Assembly (NCBI GenBank): GCA_951804945.1
Contig: OX638154.1
Location: 53,692,001-53,756,000 of the forward strand
Origin: Podarcis cretensis
Lineage: Eukaryota
DNA: 64,000 nt
Direction: 5' to 3'
Positions 43,212-55,860 of this stretch are shown one piece after another. The notes beneath the pieces were generated by a model. That model saw nothing but the letters and a program-made list of their open reading frames with translations. It did no database searches and was not told the DNA's origin. Made by a program: the position numbers and the translations under genes. Numbering within the stretch: position 1 is the stretch's first letter; every line of letters begins with the position of its first letter.

Positions 43212-43621
43212 TTAGGTCCAGTGTCTCTCCTTCAATAAAGCGAGGCATCAAACCTCATGGCCAGGATCTAAGACAAGATGAACAACACATATCCACTGTC
43301 AGCCCTTCCCAGAGCAAAGACAACACAGCAAAGACAGGACTGGGCCTGCCCCCAACAGCTTGGACAGCAACTCAGTATCTTTCCAAGAGCTAACTGAAGG
43401 ATATACAACTTGATATAGATCCATTCTGAACTACTGTAGTTCAATGGCTCCTGTTGATTTCCACGCTCCATGCTCAATTCAAACCAATAAACCTAGAAAC
43501 TGAGCTCCATCAACCTTTATAGTTTCTGCAGGGAACTAGAAAAAGTTGATGAGGAATTCAGTATTAATTTCCCCTCCAGCATATTAGAATTCACTCAGGT
43601 CTCCCTCTGTACACTATAAAT

Positions 43622-43876
43622 CATGGGTAGGCAAACTAAATCCCGGGGGCTGGATCTGGCCCAATTGCCTTCTAAATCCGGTCCATGGATGGTCCAGGAA
43701 TCAGCATGTTTTTACAAGCATAGAATGTGTTCTTTTATTTAAAATGCATCTCTGGGTTATTCGTGGGGCATAGGAATTCATTCATCCCCCCCTCCCAAAA
43801 AAAATATAGTCCGGCCCCCCACAAAGTCTGAGGGACAGTGGACTGGCCTCCTGTTGAAAAAGTTTGCTGACCCCTG
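43622..43876. mobile_element. Non-autonomous hAT (Charlie/OC1-like) element
   Basis: Ends CATGGGTAGGCAAACT...AGTTTGCTGACCCCTG; perfect 8-bp TSD CTATAAAT. Confidence 0.88.
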
Positions 43877-44002
43877 CTATAAATCTTTCACAATAAGCAT
43901 GTTTGAACGGTATCATGGCTTTTCCATGAGCACATAACAAGAAATCCACAGTCAACAATATCCCATTTCCCATTTTGTTTGAACTGGGAAACTCTTCAAA
44001 CT

Positions 44003-44462
44003 TCTTCAGTTATCTAAAGCAGTGTTTCCCAACCTTGGGTCTCCAGCTGTTTTTGGACTACAACTCCCACCATCCCTTGCTAGCAAGACCAATGGTCAGG
44101 GATGATGGAAATTGTAGTCCAACAGCAGCTGGAGACCCAAGGTTGGGAAACACTGATCTAAAGGACTGTCACGTGGAGGATGCAGCAAGCTTGTTTTCTC
44201 CTGTCCCAGAGGCTAGGACCCAAACCAAAGTATTCAAGTTACAAGAAAGGTGATACTGACTAAACATCAGGAAGAACTTTCCGACAGTAGGGCTGTTCAA
44301 CAGTGGAAAAGACTCTCTTGTAAGGTGGTGCATTCTACTTCATTGGAGGTTTTTAAGCAGAGGTTGGATGGTCTTCTGTCATGCTTTAGTTAAGATTCCT
44401 GCATTGTAGGGGGTTGAACCTGATGACTCTTGGGCCCCTTCCAACTTACAATTCTATGCTTC
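44003..44462 (+). mobile_element. CR1 LINE 3' end interrupted by a hAT MITE
   Basis: CR1 sequence continues on both sides of 44020-44155 and ends CCCTTCCAAC...ATTCTATG. Confidence 0.85.
44020..44155. mobile_element. Palindromic hAT MITE
   Basis: TIRs CAGTGTTTCCCAACCTTGGGTCTCCAGCTG/CAGCTGGAGACCCAAGGTTGGGAAACACTG; TSD ATCTAAAG. Confidence 0.92.
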
Positions 44463-44758
44463 TAGACACCATCTGAAGGCAACCTCAAGCCATGGCTTCA
44501 AATACTGGTGAGTTCCAAAGCTACTAAACAGGATATTATTTTTAATTAAAGACTTCCCTGTTCTTTGCCACCTCATGCAAAGACAGGAAAGGAGCAGCTG
44601 CATGTGGGTGCACAAGACTTCTTATTTCTTCTTATTAAATCAAGATATGATCATTTGAACATGCCTGTTGTGAAATATCACAAACAGATGGAAATGAAGG
44701 CGCAAAGATTGTGTATTTTCATATAGCTATAAACAAAAGAAGTCCCACAATGACTTAC

Positions 44759-44970
44759 CTAGTCCGGCCTCTGCAGTCCACCACTCTCACTTTTAGCACT
44801 TCTCTTGGCTCTCCAGATTTCTTCCTTCTCCAGGGTGCACCTATGCCAGCTTTGTGGCAAGGGTGAGTCCCAAAGGAAGCACGAGAAGCCGCACTTCGTG
44901 CCGACTGCACCCCTCACCCCTCTAGCTGCTCATCTTAATTGCTCTCTGCACTTATATGAGAAAAAAATAC
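44759..44970 (-). other. GPBP1L1: Putative 212-nt non-coding 5'UTR exon of GPBP1L1
   Basis: Acceptor TCCCTTTTAG|G and consensus donor TAG|GTAAGT bound a GC-richer block; contains uORF ATG AGC AGC TAG. Confidence 0.6.
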
Positions 44971-46671
44971 CTAAAAGGGAGTGTGCATTTTTGAAAAGCC
45001 ACAACTACATTCACCTCATTAATTTTGCTGTTGTTGTTACAATGCTATGCAACTCAGCTTTTACATTACAACAGTACTTATCAGATATGCACAGCATTCA
45101 GAAAGACACCATGATTAATGGTGAACTCCACAAATCCACTCTGTTCATCTTCTGCAACAACTTGATTTGGAATGGGGGCGGGGAGGTGGGTGGCAGGACC
45201 ATGAAGTATCTTGCAAATTCTGAAAATGTGTGTTAAAACTTATATTTGTAGAAGTTCTAAAATGCAAGACTCATCTTCACCACTTATACAGTTGCTTAAA
45301 AAGTTGTTAGCATTCTTAAAACTGTATCTTGAAAGGATTTTCACATAACGTAACTTAAATTTCCTTGCGGAGGAACTAAAAGCAACTTGATGAAGAGGTA
45401 AGATTCACAATGATTTCTGTCCTATTGTTGCTATGAATGCATTCAATTAAAGCTAAAAGGGGCTAAGCCAGAAAATAATCTCTCCCTGAACTAATTTAGT
45501 TGAGTTGTTGCTTTAAAAAAGAGAAAGTTGGTGTATTATAATGAATTTGGGTGACGATCTTCTGAAAAGTGTAGAATTCACGAAGTATTCTCTGAAAGAA
45601 AGACAGTATTACCTATCAGTAAGTGAAGCAAAAAGGATCTAAAAGCTCAATAACATATAAGTTTTCCACGTCTTCTTCAGTTTCTACTGAAATCATGAAG
45701 CAAGCCAGTTTTTAAGTTACCTGTGATTATTTTCAATCAACACCCTATTTCAGCATTTTTAACTTGAAAGTTATCCTATTTGTACCCCATCTGTCCATGT
45801 ATTACCTTATTTTGTCTTCATAAAATAGCTTCATGAAGTAGGTTAGGCTGAAAGACTTTACCACCCACAGTGGCTAGGGCAACCCAGTCAGATAGGCGGG
45901 GTACAAATTATCATGATCATCACCATCATCATTATTATTATTACCACCATCAAAGCTACCTTGTGAGCTTCATGAATAAGGATTTGAACTCTCAACACTC
46001 CAGACATACCTACTTTGCAGGTGCCACCATGTTCAAACACAGGTCTGCCAACATGCACTACCCTACCAACAGAGGATACAAATAACACTCTCTAATTGCA
46101 AATTCACTGAATACCGACAAAAGCCCCCAAAAAGGGCCAGAAAGAAACCAAAGGAAAGTTGTCTGCCTGCTCAGAGGGAACCTTGAGGCTTGCAGATATA
46201 TAAAAAAACACTTTACAAGGGGGCAAAATCCCCAAAGTCAACCAAAAGAGGACTGAGCACAGTCAATACTATGCAATGCTGAATATGTAAATCTAGCTCA
46301 GAAAAACTCTTATGAAAGGTTTAGATTTTATTACCTATCAAAATAACCCGCACTAATACAGTGTCTATAATTAATTAACCCTAACAACTACTAAACTATG
46401 ACTTATTTGAAATTGGACGCATACACACACACCACAGAACACTAGCACATCACTAAGGATGCTATGCATTTTAGAATTTAAAAATTCCACGTTCCGTTGA
46501 TTTATCACCATGGCAGAAATTATACGCCTACAATCACGAAAGGTAAATTATGGAAGGTTTCCAACTGGTCAAAAATAAACTGCAGAACAGCAGCATTTAA
46601 GGTATTCTGCATAGCATTCATTTCTTTAAGTCCTGAATTTCTCTTTGATACATACTTCCTGTAAAGTTATA

Positions 46672-47440
<769 letters not shown>

Positions 47441-48645
47441 TCATATAGCTCAATGTGGAGCTATAATCATGGCAAAGTAGTAAGTTTATATTCCCTAGTT
47501 CACCCTTTTCCAGCCTGATGCTCTCATGACATTTTGGACTACAATTGCCATCATCCCTAATCATTAGCTATGCTAGCTGAAGCTGTAGTTGGGGATGGAG
47601 GGGGCTCCAAGTCAGGGAAAGCTGCTCTACCCTGATTCAAAAAGTTCCATGTCAAGATTGGCACATCATTTTTAAAAGAATCGCCGATTTAATATACTGG
47701 CCCCATAATTACTATGCTGGGAATGGGAAATCTCTGGTTCTCCAGATTTTACTGAACTCCAACTCCCATCAGTGCAGCCAGCATGGCCAGGAACTGGTCC
47801 TCTAGCAACACCTCCTCATGCAAGTCCCCAGTGAAGTGATAACTTTTCTTTTACTGATTGGGGCAGGAAGGGAGGTTAATGATCCATTCACAACCTGGAA
47901 ATTGAACTCCACATCTGTTAGATGGGAATTCAACATTATTTTGCAAGAGACATTAACACACACACAAAAGCCTTCTCAGGATTCAACTCAAACCAGAAAT
48001 GTTGATTTCCTGGAACATATCCTGATGCCCTCAGTTGAATAGATTCCAATTTAACATTTCTGACTTATTAAAGTAAACAAAACAAAAAAGATGGGTTAGT
48101 TTTACCTAATGAAGTATCTCAAAAAATAATAACAATTAAGAAGATGAACCCCGCTGAATGAGACCAAAAGTCCATCTACACACCATTCTGCTCCCAAGAG
48201 TATTTGAACTTAAATATATGATGGGGTTAGAGGGAATCAAAACACTAAATGTGATTTAGATGTTATATCCAAACAAATGCAAAGCTTTTCAGATTTTTAT
48301 TACAATACTTATATTTTTGACATGACAACACACTATTTCACACATTACACTGCATACTTAATGTTTTATTGTGAACATGTTTTGCTGGGCTGTTGTGTTC
48401 TCTCTGCTAGCACAAGTAGAAACAAAGCATAATTCACAAACCATGGTCTGTTTGGAAGTGAAATAAATAATAATTCCCAATTCAGATGCAATACTAAGCC
48501 AGGGATCATAGTTTGCTTCCACTGTGCCCTAGAAGGGAAATGGTAACAGCCCAGAAAGCTATGCTCACAGTAAATCATTAACTATACCATTAAGTATGCC
48601 ATTTACCAAGGCAAGAACATAAGGCCAGCAGCACTTCCCTTATCC

Positions 48646-48781
48646 CAGGCATCCCCAAACTTGGCGCTGCAGCTGTTTTGGCACTACAACTCCCATCACC
48701 CTTAGCCAACAGAACCAGTGGTCAGGGATGATGGGAATTGTAGTCCCAAAACAGCTGGAGGGTCAAGTTTGGGGATGCCTG
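48646..48781. mobile_element. Palindromic hAT MITE
   Basis: TIRs CAGGCATCCCCAAACTT/AAGTTTGGGGATGCCTG; TSD CCTTATCC/CCTTATGC. Confidence 0.88.
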
Positions 48782-48863
48782 CCTTATGCAGTTTAAATTT
48801 TAATTAAAAAATGCACTGAAAATGTAACTTGATTTTAGCATACTCAAAAGCCTGTGGATAGTA

Positions 48864-49223
48864 AAAAGGTAAAGGTACCCCTACCCGTACGGGCCAGTCT
48901 TGACAGACTCTGGGGTTGTGCGCCCATCTCACTTAAGAGGCCAGGGGCCAGCGCTGTCCGGAGACACTTCCGGGTCACGTGGCCAGCGTGACAAAGCTGC
49001 ATCTGGCGAGCCAGAGCTGCACACGGAAACGCTGTTTACCTTCCCGCTGGTAAGCGGTCCCTATTTATCTACTTGCACCCGGAGGTGCTTTCGAACTGCT
49101 AGGTTGGCAGGCGCTGGGACCGAGCAGCGGGAGAGCACCCCGCCGCAGGGATTCGAACCGCCGACCTTTCAATCGGCAAGTCCTAGGCGCTGAGGCTTTA
49201 ACCCACAGCGCCACCTGCGTCCC
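48864..49223 (-). mobile_element. Full-length Sauria SINE, same subfamily as 18231-18596
   Basis: Reverse complement closely matches the BEST4-intron copy; TSD ATAGTA. Confidence 0.93.
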
Positions 49224-50510
49224 ATAGTACTCAGTTATATTTTACTCACAGTAGACCTGTTGGGCTATTTCTGCTAGCCAGCAGGAGCCAACACAAGGGT
49301 TTCTGCTCGTGCAATGAGGCTTACCCACTCTCATCCACCTGTACCACCCTCACAATCATTCAGTCATGAAAGCACTAGGACCCAGCTGAAAGCCCGGATT
49401 GGAATGTTGGATTTGGTATGCAAGGAGTGGGTGAACTACAAGACGCAGCAAACTTTTAAATTGTTTGAAAAAAATACAGAACCCTTTTCTAGATTCTGAT
49501 TAGTCATCTTCTCCTGATCTATGTTACACATAAGCATCTCCCCCACCTCTTTTTCCTATACAGAGTGTAGCTTAAGTGCAGCAAGATATGGTTGTATCCC
49601 AACTTCAACTTTTCCTTCACAAGTAAGGATCCTTTGAAGGAAAACAAAGACAAGTAGAATGTATATCACACATCTTTAGATCGATTATACCGTACTTTTT
49701 TCTTGCTTCCATTCCTAAAGTTAGGTTGTTTATGTCCTATTGTTCAATTATTGTGTTTCTGGGTGTGTACTTGTATTTTAGTTGTTCAAAAATGTCAGTA
49801 TTATTAATAGAAAAGCACATTGCAGTGCTGTGGCATCTATCACTAAAGCTCTCCAGCAGAAACAGATGCATGGTGTCAGCTGGGTGCTCATCCATGGATA
49901 ACTAGTATTTACCCTTCTAGCAAGTAACAATTGAGAATGAATGACGTAATATACTTGTCTAAACTAAAAGTGAAAGTTAATACACAGTATAATTCAGGAA
50001 TTTAACATTACAACTCTTGGGGGGAAAAGTTATTCAATTAACTCAAATACTAAAATTATTTTCCTTTCAGTAAAGTTGTAACTGGGTTCTATTTTGGGAT
50101 AAAAGTTCCAAGCTATTGCTCAGCTTACTAGAGGTTTACCTGAGAAGCAAAACAGAGAAGGGTTAAATTAACACAATGCAGTTACATGTAAATCTGCAAA
50201 TACCTGTGCATTTATTAAAGACCTAACAGATGTTACCATAGACACTGAATAACCAATAGAACTGAGAACAAAAAAAGTTAAGTGTAATCTCCATAGAATA
50301 GCCCTTACTTGTAATGTTTTTAGTACTGTTCCTTTCTAAAGAGTTTTAAAATGGCTATTTGCATGTCTGGCAGCTTTGCAATTTATATCTAGTGAAACAC
50401 TATGAAATCATACCCCCTTCAAAAATATATAACATTGCAAGTTTGTGTACCACATCCATATTATAGTGGTCAAAACCTTGTATGTAAATGTTTAAATCAA
50501 AGGAACCTAC

Positions 50511-52243
50511 TGTCCCAGGGAGCCTCTCAACAATCTGACAGATAAGCTATCACTCATCAGTCTGAAAGTTAGCACTATGACAATGCATCCATCTCATTAC
50601 CTCCTCGAGTGCCTTACTTCAGTGCTTCAAAGGTTTGTCAAACCACAGCTTCAAAGGAAACTGTGACTTAAGTGCAACTAATAAACCAATACGGCAAACA
50701 GCTGAGTGTGCAGAAGAGCCTAGTTTACTCTAGAAAACTGCATGTTTTATGCATTCAGCTTTCTAATCACTGATGCATACAGTTACAGCTCAATGTTTGT
50801 TAGGTATAAAGGTAAAGGTACCCCTGACCGTTAGGTCCAGTCGTGGATGACTCTGGGGTTGCATGCTCATCTCGCTCTAGGCCGAGGGAGCCGGTATTTG
50901 TCCGCAGACAGTTTTTCAGGGTCATGTGGCCAGCATGACTAAGCCACTTCTGGCGAACCAGAGCAGCGCACGGAAATGCCATTTACCTTCACACCGGAGC
51001 GGTACCTATTTATCTACTTGCACTTTGACATGCTTTTGAACTGCTAGCTTGGCAGGAGCAGGGACCGAGCAACGGGAGCTCACCCCGTCGTGGGGATTCA
51101 AACTGCTGACCTTCTGATCGGCAAGCCCTAGGCTCTGTGGTTTAGACCACAGAGCCACCCGCGTCCCTTGTTATAGGTATAGGTATACACAAATTACTGA
51201 GTGATTCACATGGGATTTACTATCTAACCTTAAACAGAAATCTGCAAAAAAACCAATCCAGATTCCATTAATTCTACCCAATCGTGATTAGTTACTGTGT
51301 TCTCAATTAAAAACACAGTTCATCCTACTTCTTCCGAAACCTAATTTGCTCCATACATCTCTTGATTGCATAACTTCCAACGCCATGTGCAGTAATTCTT
51401 TGCTAGTTAGTGCTACATTGCATTTTCCCATATAAATGCATTTTGAGCAATGGAATTCTGTATTGGAAGACACTTTGGAAGACACTATTAGTAGGCAAAA
51501 ACACTTGGATGTGCTGTTCAGCCACATACTAAGACTTACTGGCCCATAGGTCACAAGCAGCACTAGCATCTGGACCCTCAGAACTTGAAGGATTGAACTT
51601 ATTCCCACACCAAAGAAAACTTCTTCATATATTAACAATTTTGAATTTGATCTTTCAGTTTAGTATGGCAAAATGTATTTATGATGAACCAGTATAATCA
51701 ACTAACACTGCTTCAGTCTAAATCCTAGTCTATTTTCAAGCACAGAAAAAAGGAGCAACAGCAGTCTGGCCCAACTCATGTAGAACAGAGTACAAACATT
51801 TCACACCACATCTTTTCACCTTCTACAAAAGCGAACAACAGCCCTAACTTCCATCCTTAGGATGACAAAATTCAAACTGGTATGGTCAACCCTGATCAAT
51901 AAAAATTTCAAAAGGTACGTGATTAATATAACCTGCAGAGCAGAGGCAGTGACTGAAGGCCAAACTAAATGTTAGGATGGGAATATGGGATTCGTCAGAT
52001 CATTATGCGATTGTTCGCCTAATGAGTGATTTTCTAGGAACGCATTATGTTCAGATAATGGGATCTGCATGTATTACTTCCGAGAAAGCTTGAAATCAAG
52101 TAACTGTCATTAAATCTGAAATTTGAAGCCGTGTACTGGAGATGGTTCTTCCACCTTCATTTCCTTCCACTGAAACCTTGAATATGGTTGATTAGATGGA
52201 AGAAGGTGATTTGGCGGAATGTTCTTAGGTGGTTCAGACAACT
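50511..52243 (-). other. GPBP1L1: Putative long uORF-rich 5'UTR exon region of GPBP1L1, containing a SINE insertion
   Basis: Candidate donor GGGACA|GTAGGT at 50510; retained CpGs and clustered short ORFs at 51972-52160; human GPBP1L1 is recalled to have a ~1 kb leader exon. Acceptor and exon continuity uncertain. Confidence 0.4.
50808..51167 (-). mobile_element. Full-length Sauria SINE, second subfamily
   Basis: Head GGGACGCGGGTGGCTCTGTGG on minus, (ACCTTT)n tail, imperfect TSD TTGTTA(TA)GGTATA. Confidence 0.92.
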
Positions 52244-55200
52244 GCTGCAGTGCTTATGATTTACACCAGTGGTTTTCAGATTTTTATTTTATGGGAACCC
52301 ATTCTGCACCAACTTATCTGCTGAGGAACTCCTGTGTCCTATAAAGGGTTATGGGGCTTTTGACACCCAGCTCTGTCAATTCCTGATGAAGCACTGCTGT
52401 CTTGGTACTTGGCAGAGAACCAATAAATTGTAACTAGATGGAAGTGCTGTTGGTGGGCGGTTCATCTGCCCAGGAAGGTGCTGTTCAACCAGTTCTGAAA
52501 AGGATTTCACTCTCCCTGAAAGATCAGGTGTGCATCCTGTGGGTGCTTATGGATTCAACTTTGCCATTTCAACGTGTGATTGCTTCAGTGGCATGTAGTG
52601 CATTTTATCAGCTATGCCTGATATGCTGACTACAACCTTTTCTTGACAAGAGACAACCTGGCCATGGCTGGTTAATTTCTAGACTGGAATAATGCAATGA
52701 GCTTTTCAAGGGGTTGTTTTTGAAGACATTTTGGAAACTGCAGCTTAGACTATTGCAGCAAGACTGCCAACAAGAATGCTATGCAATCATATCTTGCTTG
52801 TGTTATTGGTATTGGTATTAACCTTTTAAATGGGAGTGAGAAAGGTCTCAGCCAAAGGGCTGCAGAAAGGGCCAGGTACAAGAGTGGACAGAATATCAAA
52901 TACAAGTCTTACCTTCCAGTGTTAGAAACAGATTTGAAAGTTAGGAGCTAAATGGCACCTTAAACCTAGGTTATGGGTGCAACAACGGAATGCTTTTTAA
53001 GTAACAAGAATACAAAGCTGAAAATGAGTGAACTGCAGCTAAAATATTATGCTCATTTTTCACATGGTCTAATCCTTCCCTTAAGGATTATTCTTAATAT
53101 TCTTAAGAGGGTCTCTTCTCCAGTCTTCAGAGTAGCTGGAAGTGGGGAGTCAGAAAAGGTCCTCTCTTCCTTCCACTGCAATTTTAATCTGAAATCTTAG
53201 GCGTAGTACTGCGCCCAGAGCTCAGAAACTGCTCACACTAATAAAATTTCCTGTTGCACAATGCGCCTAAAACAATGGGAGTTTCGAACACTGTTACCTT
53301 CGTACAGTAAGCTACACTGTGGCCACAAAAAACATATATTTCCATTCACACAAGAGGTTGTATTTCTATATACAAACCGCAGGTGCCCCTGGAAAGTGTG
53401 TAGTGTATACGGTACCTCCACACATGTGGGTTTATACACACACACACACATAACGTCCATCAAAACAACAAGTATTTCACTAGTAGCTTAATATGTCCCA
53501 CATTAATCTACTAAAGCTTTTGTGAAACCGTTGAAAATCAGAACTACAGGTTAACATACGAAGAATTTACCCTTTGTACACTGAAACAAGAGAGGCATCA
53601 CTACTGATATCATTGTGAAGTGGGCCATTACTAGACTATTATTATTTTTGCCGTCCATAACGCCACACATATAAGCCATGGCTCAACTGAAATTTGATCA
53701 CTGAGTTGCTTCATCCAAGTCAACATATTGGTTGCTGAACCCATATTAATTTGTGCATACTTTATACATGGGTGATGTTCAGAGGATAATCTTGGCTTAG
53801 TAAATCAAGATTTACACAAGTTTCAGGCACTCACATGCAACCATTTCACCTCTTCCTTTGCACAAATGAGCAAGCCAGGAAGCTGCAGCTGACAGCTTCT
53901 TGATACATTCACACTTGGAATTGGTTAATGCAGTGACCACCTTAACACCATGGCTTCATACTGTGGTTTGTTTGAAAGCCATAACTATGGCTCTTGGTCT
54001 GGATACAGCTTCCTGGCTGCTTCACTCTGGTGAAGGAAAGAGTGAAATGGCTGTGTGTGGATGCTGACTCTTGTTTGTATCTCAGGTTAATACAGATGTC
54101 TATCAACATCAAATGGTGATGACCATCACAACACATATATTTATCCATAAACAAAGTCTAAGGTGACCAGTTCCACTGCCGCACTATTTAAAACTTCCCA
54201 AGCTTTAAAATGTTCTGGGTTGTATCTGAAAAGATCATTGCACAAGTGGAATGGCTTTCATTCATATACTTCTCCTCCCCCCTCCATGCACCCCCACCTC
54301 CCCAACCCACTACCTCAGATTTGGGGGTCATGGGGAGGAGACGTTCCACTGCAGGAGCAGAAGTCATTCTATTTATCCAATGGTTGCTGGATTCAACCCA
54401 TAATGGGCTGCAAGTAAGCTCCAATTTTGGTATGGGCAAGTTTAAATGCCTGTACAAATACATAGCTATTTTGGAGATGAAATTATTTGGGTATAAACAC
54501 CATACATTGTTAAATAAGTGGTCTTGAGTCTCCCCCTTTTAAAACAAATAATGTATTATAGTTCTAAAATGAAAGCGGTCTGTTTCAATATATTCTTTAA
54601 AAAGTCATGTCAGACAAATTGAAGACAAGTCAGCCATTTTACACACCTAACAATTTGTTTGTAATTCAGTTACACCTGAACCTGAATTACTACTTTCCAT
54701 ATTTCCAAACACACACAGCTGTAAAATTTCTGTGTACACTCCAGAAATTAAGCCAATGAAAGATCTGCATTAATTGTTCGTAGCATCTATTACATACTTT
54801 TAAAATATATTTTTTTTAAGTGTGCTATGAGTGAATCCCGTATTTGATTAAATACATAGTGGAATTCACCCTTCACAGAGTTTCTCTTTATTATCTAGAA
54901 CAGAATTTTCTTTCCACCATGAATCAAACATATTACAGTCTTTCAAAAAGAAAGCTTAGATTTTAAGACCATCACAATTTAATTTTTTTGCATTTCTTCT
55001 TCTGACCTAATACGGTACTTGAAACTATTTACAAGGCCGTATTTATACCATTTTACAAAAAATGTGATAGGCCCCATATGCACAGTACATACGTTTATTT
55101 CAGAAGTCTTTCTCCATTTTTAAATAGGACTTGTTCTATTTATGTTCTAGATACAGGATGGCAGTTTATGCTTTGGTTTAGGACTGCCATTGGGGAAAAC

Positions 55201-55366
55201 AATGGCCTTTGACATTAGTACCTCCACAGCTGATTTCCCACGGTAAGCATGAGGTTGCTCAGGGGCAGAAAATGTATCTTCACTTTCTCTAATTTTGTGC
55301 CATGCCATTCCCCCGTGGCTGTCATATTGTAACTGGCACCATCAGCATTCTCTCAACATTCAAAAT

Positions 55367-55860
55367 GGTCCAAAAATGTTGGCGACCCCTGATATATGGT
55401 TATGCTACAAGTACCTGAGCTTAACATTATTAATGACAAATTAGTAATATGCTGCAGCCTACTGTAGGAGACATGTTAGGAGCCTGGAAAGAGAATAAAA
55501 ATTAGGCAGTCTCATCACCTTTTTGAAGAAATGTGTGCCCTAGAAATGCATTACATTGGTCTCAATCTAGCCTGACTTTACCATATAGTACTCAACTATT
55601 TTTACAGCTAAAGGTCCAAAAATGGTGGCGACCCCTGATATATGGTTATGCTACAAGTACCTGAGCTTAACATTATTAATGACAAATTAGTAATATGCTG
55701 CAGCCTACTGTAGGAGACATGTTAGGAGCCTGGAAAGAGAATAAAAATTAGGCAGTCTCATCACCTTTTTGAAGAAATGTGTGCCCTAGAAATGCATTAC
55801 ATTGGTCTCAATCTAGCCTGACTTTACCATATAGTACTCAACTATTTTTACAGCTAAAGG
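55367..55860. repeat. 246-bp near-perfect tandem duplication
   Basis: 55367-55612 and 55613-55858 differ at one base by eye (AATGTTGG vs AATGGTGG); GG microhomology at the junctions. Confidence 0.93.

Noticed and set aside
48900-49193. 97-aa ORF
   Set aside because: Antisense reading of a Sauria SINE.
52860-52958. Small GPBP1L1 leader exon (52913-52958) and nearby acceptor at ~52860
   Set aside because: Good donor but weak acceptor, and the implied ~52-nt intron is too short; not resolvable without transcripts. A similar lone donor near 57838 was also left out.
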